Assembly (NCBI GenBank): GCA_964452145.1
Contig: CAYVLA010000075.1
Location: forward strand, 1-15,790
Length of the DNA stretch: 15,790 bases
From: Candidatus Hadarchaeota archaeon
Lineage (GTDB): Archaea > CAYQAE01 > CAYVLA01
Direction of reading: 5' to 3'
The notes beneath the pieces were generated by a model. The model saw only the letters and a list, made by a program, of their open reading frames with translations, was not told where the DNA came from and did no database searches. Shown here one piece after another: positions 7,473 through 15,333 of the stretch; position 1 is the first letter of the stretch; each line of letters begins with the position of its first letter. Both the position numbers and the translations under genes were made by a program.

Positions 7473-10148
7473 CTACTGCTTCCGCATCAGAGCCAGCAAC
7501 AGCCGTTCGAGGTTGCGTTCGTCCTCGACGAGGTGCACCGTGCTTTGGTGGAGTCTGCGCGTCCTGCCGTACTCGCCGGGAACCCAGTCACCTTCCGGCC
7601 TGTCAACCACCCCATAGGGGACCAGCCCTGACGAAATCTGCTCGAGCCATTGAAGGCAGCCGCGATCACCGGGCGGCAGGATGATCCACGGCACGCCGAG
7701 CTGAAAGCAGTGCCTCACGGTGATGCCGAGGGATTCCGCGTCCAGGTAGTCGCCGCCCTTCCACGATCTTCCCACGACTATGGCCCTGTAGGCCCTCGGG
7801 TCGAAGTGCGGATAGCGGGAGTCGCTTGCGACACGATCTGCATCCCATCCGCACCGTTCGAAGAGCTCATCGCATGCGCGTGCATTTTCATAACCATCTT
7901 CGTTCGAGTACAGGTAGCATGCCTTCGGTCTTTCCCGGGCATCTAGTTCTCGATACGCCGGCGCAAGGGCGCTCATCGCCTGATGGAACGCGGCGTGGTG
8001 GAGGGACCAGTACTCGTTCGAATCGTGCCGCGCATTGACGAGGAGATGATCGCTGTACGGGACATCCTCGCGGCGCACGCTCAGGATCGGAAACAGCGGC
8101 GGCATCATCGTCCAGCTCGGAGAATCATCCCGGGTGTAGGCATCGTCGACGAAGTGAATGCCGTTGATGATGCCGCCTGTAAGCGATCCGCGCAGCTGGT
8201 TCTCGTTCCAGTTGGGCCAGCCGTGGTAACGTCCTGGATGGACCCTGCCGGCATCGACGACCTGACAGACCCCGTGCGGGTTGCGTCCGAGTATCCAGGC
8301 GATCTGGGACTCCGCCTTCTGAAGCCATTCCCTTCTCCCGGACACGCGTCCCGCGAGGGCATACACGTATGCTGCGTTTCCGATCCATGCGTTCCGTCCT
8401 AACGTGCGGCTGTTCACCTGGCCCGGGGGTGTATCGTCAACGCATTGCAGGGCAAGGTCGTACGGTTCTCCGATGGTGTAGGGCTCCAACCATTCCAGTT
8501 TGCGTTCGGTCGCACGGATGATTTCGTCGCGAAGCGGGTGATCGGACTCATCGATGAGCAACTCGAGCAGGACGGTGAGAGGGTGGAAGGGGTGCTTCAA
8601 TCCCGAAGGTCGGCCGAATGAGCCATCCTCCGCCTGCTGTGCGAGGATCTTGGGGACGAGGGCATAAGCCTTGGTTCTATAGTCCGCACGGTCAGTGGCT
8701 CGGTAGAGGTCGTACCAGAGGGTTACCCAGTATGGATGGGACGAGATATCCGGTGCGGATCTACCCTCAAGATACCCGACGCTCCTGAGAGAAGCGTTGA
8801 CGTACGTCCATCTCCGCCGGTCATCGGCTCCGCGGGCACAACGTGCCGCAGCGGCAAGGGCAGTGGCGAAGTCAAGCACCTGAACGGGGCTGTCGTTGCC
8901 GTGATAATCGTAGTTCCGGCTTCGAGGATTCATCACTTCGCCGCGTCCGGAGTCCTCATGCGGCCTCTCCCAAAACACCGCCCACTGGGAGTTCCACTTA
9001 CTTCCCGTCTCGGGATCTTCGTGGGTGAACCAGGCATGGATCGGCCCGATGAAGGAGCCGTCCGGGTTCTGCACCTTGAGGAGGAAATCCGCGCCCCAGA
9101 ATATCTCCGAGACCACGTCCGGTATGGGGTGGCCGTAGGTGATGCGGCTCGGCTCCATCCGCTTATGGACCAATGCTAGGGCCTCAAGGACATAGCCGTA
9201 GTAGTGGAACCACTTGTTGTAATCCCCGGCATCGTGCCATCCGCCGGTGACGTCCCGGTACTCGATCACCTCTCCGTAGCGCTCATTCTGCCCGGTGCGT
9301 CGGCAGAGCGCATCGTTTGTGTGACATGGTTTGTGGTACCCCGGGATCTCCACGCCGCAGCGCTGGAGATACGAGTACTTCGCCACAAGATATGCCAGGT
9401 GCTCGTACACCCCGTTCCAGATCCGGATCGGACCGGACTCGACGACTCGGTCGGGCATGTGAACGCGCAGGAGGTAGTGTCCCTCACGCTCACACGCTGT
9501 GAAGTCCGCCACCCAGGTCCACCTCCGCCACAGATCGCGGCCCGTCGGCTTGAGGAAGCCTTCGGCATGCGTCCGCCCTCTCAGAGTATCGAACAATTCC
9601 CAGCGGATATCACCCCCAACCGGCTTTCGGGAGCGAATGATCACGCGCTTGCTTCCGCGAGGATGGTACCCTGCCTGTGAGTCGAGAATATCGTAGTCTT
9701 GAGCGCCGAGGCCGTCAAGGTAGAGGTTGTCCACGAGCGCGTCCTCGGAGATAAGCTCGCACTCGGCTCTTTCGGCATTCGGCGGCGGAAGGAATCTCCA
9801 CACAAACGGCTCCCATTCCTCGGATCGGTGGACGAATCTCTCGCACCGGAGGTAACGGTCGTGTTCGATGATGTGTACCAGTCCGACGAGGCATCCTTTC
9901 GCCTCCCCGGTGAATTCGCATGGCACGCGGGCGTTCATCTCGAAACGGTTGGACAGTACGCTTCCGCAGAGGCGCATCGCATTCTTGGCCTTGTCGCGCG
10001 GCACCTGCGTGGCTGTGCCGCGGAGGATATGCCACCCCACGAGTGAGCCCGCTTCGTCGGCAAGCTCGAATGAGCAGTTTGCCAGCACGTTCACCGGGTC
10101 GCCGGGGTCATCGAAAAGCCTTGATGGCGGCCGGGAATAGGCATGCAT
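7473..10148 (-). CDS. Glycoside hydrolase family 9 protein: CBM4/9-like domain, Ig-like (CelD_N) domain, GH9 catalytic domain and an extra C-terminal alpha/beta domain; no signal peptide
   Basis: Motifs present: DVTGGWHDAGDYNK (catalytic Asp pair), SQAGYHPRGSKRVII (cellulase Ig domain), YSYLQRCG, WGADFLLKVQ, WILGRNP and HDSNEYW (putative acid Glu). I set the start to ATG 10148 because GAGGAGG lies 4 nt upstream and CATTATTC about 29 nt upstream, giving 891 aa. Confidence 0.9.
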   Translation of the reverse strand: MHAYSRPPSRLFDDPGDPVNVLANCSFELADEAGSLVGWHILRGTATQVPRDKAKNAMRLCGSVLSNRFEMNARVPCEFTGEAKGCLVGLVHIIEHDRYLRCERFVHRSEEWEPFVWRFLPPPNAERAECELISEDALVDNLYLDGLGAQDYDILDSQAGYHPRGSKRVIIRSRKPVGGDIRWELFDTLRGRTHAEGFLKPTGRDLWRRWTWVADFTACEREGHYLLRVHMPDRVVESGPIRIWNGVYEHLAYLVAKYSYLQRCGVEIPGYHKPCHTNDALCRRTGQNERYGEVIEYRDVTGGWHDAGDYNKWFHYYGYVLEALALVHKRMEPSRITYGHPIPDVVSEIFWGADFLLKVQNPDGSFIGPIHAWFTHEDPETGSKWNSQWAVFWERPHEDSGRGEVMNPRSRNYDYHGNDSPVQVLDFATALAAAARCARGADDRRRWTYVNASLRSVGYLEGRSAPDISSHPYWVTLWYDLYRATDRADYRTKAYALVPKILAQQAEDGSFGRPSGLKHPFHPLTVLLELLIDESDHPLRDEIIRATERKLEWLEPYTIGEPYDLALQCVDDTPPGQVNSRTLGRNAWIGNAAYVYALAGRVSGRREWLQKAESQIAWILGRNPHGVCQVVDAGRVHPGRYHGWPNWNENQLRGSLTGGIINGIHFVDDAYTRDDSPSWTMMPPLFPILSVRREDVPYSDHLLVNARHDSNEYWSLHHAAFHQAMSALAPAYRELDARERPKACYLYSNEDGYENARACDELFERCGWDADRVASDSRYPHFDPRAYRAIVVGRSWKGGDYLDAESLGITVRHCFQLGVPWIILPPGDRGCLQWLEQISSGLVPYGVVDRPEGDWVPGEYGRTRRLHQSTVHLVEDERNLERLLLALMRKQ

Positions 10149-10445
10149 AGTGCCTCCTCGGCGGATACCGTCCGCTGAATAATGTCTCTCGTGCTCGGCC
10201 GGCCGCCGCATTCTCCGAGAACGTCCTCGACTGCCAACGGGCACGTGACCTGATTACCCACGGGTCCTGAACCCGGTCTGTGGCGCAGGACTCCCAGCCC
10301 TATTTTCGGTCATCTCAGCCAAGATCGAATGGTGTTCGAGGCCAGCTTACCGCGAGCACCAGCCAACAACCGGCAAGACCACCCGACGCAACCCGGCCAG
10401 ATGCTCGCCCCACACCTGGATTCAAGTCATCCGTGCAGGCTGCAT

Positions 10446-11705
10446 CTAACGCTCCTGCCACTTCGTAACCAGGGATCCGAGCAGTATGAGCAGAGCCGCC
10501 ATGACGGACAGGACTGCCAGATTGCCCAAGGCGCTTGGCAGGTGCCTGAGGATGAAGGCCGATCTGAGACCGTTTGACAGATAGGTCAGCGGCAGGTAGC
10601 CGGCCAGCGACTGCATCCATGCGGGCATGATCTCCGGCGACCAGAAGGTTCCGGACAGGAACATCATCGGGAAGGCAACGGCGTTGCCCGCGGCCGATGC
10701 TGCCTCCACATCCGTTACGATACCGGCAAGGATCAGGCCGATTCCGGAGAAGAGGATGGATCCGACCACTATGTAGACCAAGGCCAGGATGTTCGGGATT
10801 GCCCTGAACTGGAATACCGCCCAGCCAACCAGGAGCATGACGAGGACCAGCATGAAGCTCAGCGTGGTCTGGCTGATGACGTTGGCCACGACCCATTCCA
10901 GTCGGCTCACCGGGGTGGTCGCGAATCTCCTCAGGACGCCTCTTCGCTTGAACTCCGTTGTGTTGGTCGTCACGCCGATGATCCCGTTGGTCATCACGAA
11001 GGCCCCGATTATCGCCGGGAGGAAATAGTCCACCGACTTCAGGCGCTGGCGGGAGACCCCCTCCGTCTCAACCTTCAGATTGGAGTCCACGCCCATCAAG
11101 CCAGAGGAGAAAGTGTTCACCACATTGCTGAGAATGGACTGGACCATGAGGGAGGAGGTCGTGTTCTCGGCCATGTACCTGATGACGACCTCCTCCGACG
11201 GGAAGCCGACCATCGCGCCTTCAAGCTGGCGCATCCCCTCCTCGATTCCTGCTCTCTGCTCCGGGGGGAGTGTGCCGCCGGCCTGATCGAGGAATGACTG
11301 CGTCGTCTCCAGGGAGATGGACAGGCGGGCGTGGAGCGATCCGTTGAGAAGCCGCCGCTCAAAGCCCTCCGGTATGATGAGCAGGCGAAGGGTCCCGCCC
11401 AGAAGCCCCAGATCGTCCCTGACGAAGTCGAGGCCATCCACCTCGGCCGGCACCGTACTGACTGAGAATGCGGTCTGGTTCAGGATCTGTACGAACCCCC
11501 TGGATAGGTTGGTGGGCCGACCGTGGCCGTCGAGATCCAGATTCTGCACGTGCAGGGGGATTGAGCTCGATCCCTGACTGCCGAAGATGGATGCGAACAG
11601 CAGTAGCAGCATCACCGGGAAGAGGAAGCTGAAGAAGACCCCGGATCGTGAGCGCATCCAGTTCTTGAGGAGGGATGAGGAGATGGCTAGAATCCTCTTC
11701 CTCAT
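10446..11705 (-). CDS. ABC-2 type exporter permease
   Basis: An N-terminal TM (FFSFLFPVMLLLLF) is followed by a large loop with 4 N-glycosylation sequons, then EFKRRGVLRRFATTPVS and FPMMFLSGTFWSPEIMPAWMQSLAGYLPLTY. It overlaps the ATPase stop by ATGA. Confidence 0.95.
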   Translation of the reverse strand: MRKRILAISSSLLKNWMRSRSGVFFSFLFPVMLLLLFASIFGSQGSSSIPLHVQNLDLDGHGRPTNLSRGFVQILNQTAFSVSTVPAEVDGLDFVRDDLGLLGGTLRLLIIPEGFERRLLNGSLHARLSISLETTQSFLDQAGGTLPPEQRAGIEEGMRQLEGAMVGFPSEEVVIRYMAENTTSSLMVQSILSNVVNTFSSGLMGVDSNLKVETEGVSRQRLKSVDYFLPAIIGAFVMTNGIIGVTTNTTEFKRRGVLRRFATTPVSRLEWVVANVISQTTLSFMLVLVMLLVGWAVFQFRAIPNILALVYIVVGSILFSGIGLILAGIVTDVEAASAAGNAVAFPMMFLSGTFWSPEIMPAWMQSLAGYLPLTYLSNGLRSAFILRHLPSALGNLAVLSVMAALLILLGSLVTKWQER

Positions 11706-12634
11706 GCCAGTTCGCCCTCCTCGGTAACCCGCGTCCCGACCAGGCTCAGGAAGACGTCCTCGATCGTTGGGTTGCGGATCTGGATGCCGGAGCGGATCCC
11801 GATGGCCCGAAGCGCATCCAGCACACGGCTCATCTCGTCGATGTCCTTGACCGGGATCTGAAGGTCACCGCGCGCGTGCCGGCCATCCGGGAATGCCTTC
11901 CTTGCCGACTCCACCGCGCCAGGCTGAGGGTTCTGGACGACGAGCAGGCCGTGGCCCCCGTGCTGCTCCAACAGCTCGGTAGGGGAACCCATCGCAACGA
12001 TCCTCCCGTTGTGGATTACCGCTATCCGATCCGCCAGCCTCTCGGCCTCCTCCATGTAGTGCGTGGTCAGGAAGACGGTGGATCCACGGTCCTTCAGGCT
12101 TCGGATGACCTCCCAGACATCGCGACGCGACCTGGGGTCAAGGCCCGTCGTCGGCTCGTCGAGGAAGACCAACTCGGGCTTGTTGACCAGCGCCGCGGCG
12201 ATGCCGACGCGCTGCCTCAGGCCCCCGGAGAGATTCTCAAACCGGACGTCGGCTTTCTCCTCAAGGTCCAAGATGGAGATGAGTTCGCCCGGATCATCGG
12301 CATCGTCGTAGAGCGAGGCGAAGAGCGCTATGTTCTCCCTCACGGTTAGCTTCTCCAGGGCGTTGAAGTCCTGGGGAAGGACCCCGATGCGTTTTCTGAT
12401 CTCCTTCTGATCGTGCCTCTTAGTCACGTCGAGGCCGAGGACATGTGCGCTGCCCGATGTGATCGTTCGCAGACACTGCAGCATCTCGATTGCGGTGGTC
12501 TTTCCGGCGCCGTTGGGACCGAGAAAGGCGAAGATCTCGCCGTAGCGAACATTGAACGACACCCGGTCGACGGCGACGAGACCTCCGTACCTCTTGGTGA
12601 GTCCGTCAGTTCTCACGACCAGCTCTTGGGTCAT
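11702..12634 (-). CDS. ABC-2/DrrA-like exporter ATP-binding protein
   Basis: Walker A GPNGAGKTT, signature LSGGLRQR, Walker B VFLDEPTTGLDP and H-loop TTHYMEEAE. Start set to ATG 12634 (MTQELVV), with GGAGG upstream. Confidence 0.97.
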   Translation of the reverse strand: MTQELVVRTDGLTKRYGGLVAVDRVSFNVRYGEIFAFLGPNGAGKTTAIEMLQCLRTITSGSAHVLGLDVTKRHDQKEIRKRIGVLPQDFNALEKLTVRENIALFASLYDDADDPGELISILDLEEKADVRFENLSGGLRQRVGIAAALVNKPELVFLDEPTTGLDPRSRRDVWEVIRSLKDRGSTVFLTTHYMEEAERLADRIAVIHNGRIVAMGSPTELLEQHGGHGLLVVQNPQPGAVESARKAFPDGRHARGDLQIPVKDIDEMSRVLDALRAIGIRSGIQIRNPTIEDVFLSLVGTRVTEEGELA

Positions 12635-12683
12635 CTTCGGGCCTCCACCCACCTCCGCCGAAGGGTGTGGGATCGCCAGCCCA

Positions 12684-12710
12684 GGCAACCCGCCGGATTT
12701 AATGGTTGCC
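12684..12710 (-). promoter_or_regulatory. TATA-like box (ATTAAAT) enclosed by inverted repeat GGCAACC-N13-GGTTGCC; candidate promoter/operator of the ABC operon
   Basis: Perfect 7-bp arms at 12684-12690 and 12704-12710 surround the AT-rich element at 12697-12703, about 63 nt upstream of ATG 12634. Confidence 0.5.
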
Positions 12711-12870
12711 AACAACGCCGGCAACAACGAGCTACGGACAGTCGATACCTGAGGTGCTCAGGCAGGCGGCCCCAATGTGCTGCGACCTCTCCAGGCCAGG
12801 CAGAACCCTGCCTCGGCTGGATGCGTCCATCCTCCGCCCGACCCTGCAGCGAAACGCGGACATCAGCGGA

Positions 12871-14739
12871 CTAGAACGGGCCCTCGTCGAACATGGTGCA
12901 GTGCCGGTCCCACTCATCCAGGCATGCGGTCGGGCAGTTCTGGCAGTGGTCGATCATCTCCTCCCAGGAATCATGAACGGCGTCGAGAAGCTCGCTGATC
13001 AGGGAATCATCCTTGACGCCGGGAATACATGACGCCACCATGCGATGGGTCAGGCGCATCTTGACCGACCCTTGGGACAACTTGCGGGCGATCTCCTCGC
13101 CGAGCCTCCTGGCGATCCCCACGCAGAGCTCCGCTATCCCATCATCGCTAACGCCTCGTCCCCTCAGGCGCTCGCCCAGCTCCCCGACCAGGCGCCCATG
13201 CACACTGAGCGCAAGCTCGTAGCAGAACCAGTTCAGTTTGGTCTTCTCGCCCTCGGCTGAGGCGAAGCGGCAAGGGTCTATGGGTTCATCCCGCGCCCAG
13301 CCCGATCCAAGCACCCTCCTTATCTTCCTCACGTCGTAGGCTGGTTCACCGCTCTTTCTCCTCCTCTCCTCCGAGTTCTCCAGGTCCTTCAGCAACTCCT
13401 CTAGCTGCATCCTGTTCTTCCTAGTCTTCGAGGCCTGCCTGGGAGTCTTGCCACCCAGCGAGGGCAGGGGCGTGTCCACCCAGTCACGGTAGTACAGGTC
13501 GAGAAACTCCTGGACCTTGGCCATGGTGGCTTCCCGATCCGATTCCGCAGCCCGCTCCTTGCCTCCAGAACCGCGTCCCTCCCCACGCAAGTCTCGGGGA
13601 TCCGTGAAGCTTGAATCCATGTACTCGATCATGTCGCCGAGATGGCGCTCCAGTAGGGCCCTTCCCCTCTCCAGCCTTTTCCTTGACATACACTCCAGGA
13701 CCAGCCGCGATCGCTCCGCATCGATGTCGCCAAGGCTCACGATCGAGCGGGCAATCCCACTGCCCACCAGAGTCGTCGAATAGACAAAGGTCAGACTGTC
13801 GGGGTTCTCGGGTGCGGGCCGGGAAACTGCACGGCAAATCCACTTGAAGTACGCCTGTTTGGTTCGCCCGCGACGGTCCCTGATGACCTCCTCCCTTTCG
13901 ATCCCCTCGACCCGCTCCAGGCGAGCCACGACCCTGTCCACTTCCCTGATCTTGAACACAGCCCTCGATATCACGACCTCGTCCCCCTCGAAGGTGAGGA
14001 TCTTAATGTTCTCGAGCCTCTTCCTCGCCCTCGCGCCGCAGGAGTTGAGCATGTATCCCTGATCCTTCATGAACTGCTTCCAAGAGGCCCTCGGGCTGGA
14101 TCTCCGGTATCTCTCGAAGAGCTCCTCTCCCAGCTCCACCAGTTCGTCCTTCCGGGCGCGGGATACGTACAGGGCCGCTCCCTCCATTCTGAAGCGATCC
14201 CCCGCCGCCAGCACCCGTGCCAGGGCAACATCCCACCTCACCAGCGTCTTCGAGGCGGAGACATCGTGCACGAAGCATTCCTCGCCGGTGTGTAGCTCCC
14301 TCAGCCTCACCCCCCTTCCCGGCTCAACGCCCGTGACCTCGTACAGACCAAGGCGTGAGTTCAACCTCCCCTCAAGCAAAGCTCTCTCCTCTTCCGCGAG
14401 CCTGCGTTCCTCCTCCCCGAACAGCTCGATCAGGGTCTTGCCCGACCCGGCCAGCCGGTAGTCGTGCATCAGCCAATCCCCGAACCTTATCGCGTCCAGT
14501 TCGTTATCAGGGAGCTCCCCCTGGTAGGATTCGGTCCAGATCCCCGCCGCCCGCTTCGCGTCGGGCTTGAACCTCTTCTGGCTCATGAACCTCAGTATCC
14601 TTGCCCTCAGCAAGTCCTCATACTGCTCCAACCCCTTTCCCGGCCCCGCCTCCCTGTCCTTCTGGAGACAGCAGTGCTTGTACTTCTTCCCCGAGCCGCA
14701 CGGACACGGCGCGTTCCTGCTCGCCCGCAACCAGCCCAC
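12871..14739 (-). CDS. SEC-C zinc-binding-motif protein with an Xre/MbcA/ParS C-terminal-like motif and a Cys-rich C-terminal domain
   Basis: N-terminal RNAPCPCGSGKKYKHCC, central GLYEVTGVEPGRGVRLRELHTGEECFVHDVSAS, then WVDTPLPSLGGKTPRQA and C-terminal CQNCPTACLDEWDRHC. The GTG start has GGGTGGGG upstream. Confidence 0.9.
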   Translation of the reverse strand: MGWLRASRNAPCPCGSGKKYKHCCLQKDREAGPGKGLEQYEDLLRARILRFMSQKRFKPDAKRAAGIWTESYQGELPDNELDAIRFGDWLMHDYRLAGSGKTLIELFGEEERRLAEEERALLEGRLNSRLGLYEVTGVEPGRGVRLRELHTGEECFVHDVSASKTLVRWDVALARVLAAGDRFRMEGAALYVSRARKDELVELGEELFERYRRSSPRASWKQFMKDQGYMLNSCGARARKRLENIKILTFEGDEVVISRAVFKIREVDRVVARLERVEGIEREEVIRDRRGRTKQAYFKWICRAVSRPAPENPDSLTFVYSTTLVGSGIARSIVSLGDIDAERSRLVLECMSRKRLERGRALLERHLGDMIEYMDSSFTDPRDLRGEGRGSGGKERAAESDREATMAKVQEFLDLYYRDWVDTPLPSLGGKTPRQASKTRKNRMQLEELLKDLENSEERRRKSGEPAYDVRKIRRVLGSGWARDEPIDPCRFASAEGEKTKLNWFCYELALSVHGRLVGELGERLRGRGVSDDGIAELCVGIARRLGEEIARKLSQGSVKMRLTHRMVASCIPGVKDDSLISELLDAVHDSWEEMIDHCQNCPTACLDEWDRHCTMFDEGPF

Positions 14740-14768
14740 CGGTTCCCCACCCGGTCAGGCCCAGAGTT

Positions 14769-14780
14769 GATATACCCTTC
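14769..14780 (-). promoter_or_regulatory. BRE/TATA-like element of the SEC-C gene
   Basis: GAAGGGTATATC on the minus strand, 30 nt upstream of GTG 14739. Confidence 0.5.
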
Positions 14781-15266
14781 GGTTCGCCGCCGTCAGGGTT
14801 CTCGACTCACCCGCTTGTTCTCCTTGGAAGCCGCCTTCAGCGGCCGGATGATTCGCCGGGGCAGGGCCGCGGGAGACGGCTGGCAAGTCTCGCTGCATGT
14901 GAGACAATTCAGGTCCCGACCCCCAGCATCCAACCCGGCGCCCACGCCTACGTCGACACGCACCACCATGCCCCACTTACCGGGACTACGAGCCGGGCAT
15001 CATCGAGGAGAAGAACGCGACGCAGGATGCCACTCCCGTCCGCGTCTGTCGCCTCGAAAACACCGGGAAAGAAGGGACGAGGACCAGCCTCCGAGAAGCA
15101 TGCCGAGCAAGTGTGTGATTGTGGGCTTGTTTTGACGGCCACCGCTGAACGCCCGGCACATGCCTAACCAAGATCCCGGGCGGGTTGTGCCGCCCCGCGC
15201 CACGGCCACAGACTGCTCGTCTCGGTCCGCCGGGATCTCCTCGAGGCAACCCCGGATGTCTGCAGG

Positions 15267-15281
15267 AACCAAACATTAATT
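15267..15281 (+). promoter_or_regulatory. BRE/TATA-like element of the DUF1616-like gene
   Basis: AACCAAACATTAATT is an AT-rich island upstream of the SD GAAGGAGGG (15317-15325). Confidence 0.5.
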
Positions 15282-15333
15282 CACTTCGTCCCACCCAACC
15301 AACAGAGTCGGTGCCAGAAGGAGGGAAACAGAT

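Noticed and set aside
10149..10244. ORF-track N-terminal extensions of the GH9 (to 10244), the ABC ATPase (to 12727) and the DOMON-like gene (to 3997)
   Set aside because: Each extension runs through SD or TATA-like elements that point to downstream starts at 10148, 12634 and 3916/3847.
10362..12724. Imperfect direct repeat GCCAACAAC(GC)CGGCAA flanking the ABC pair (10362-10376 and 12708-12724)
   Set aside because: It is short, gapped and low-complexity, and there is no integrase or tRNA to support an att-site interpretation.
14668..14706. SEC-C motif suggesting secA
   Set aside because: There are no SecA DEAD-like ATPase motifs and the motif is N-terminal. This is a SEC-C-domain protein, not SecA.
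14900..15118. Protein-like fragments in two frames (HAYVDTHHH / TYRDYEPGIIEEKN) suggesting a frameshifted pseudogene
   Set aside because: No recognisable family, start or SD. It cannot be supported without a tBLASTn/BLASTX search.
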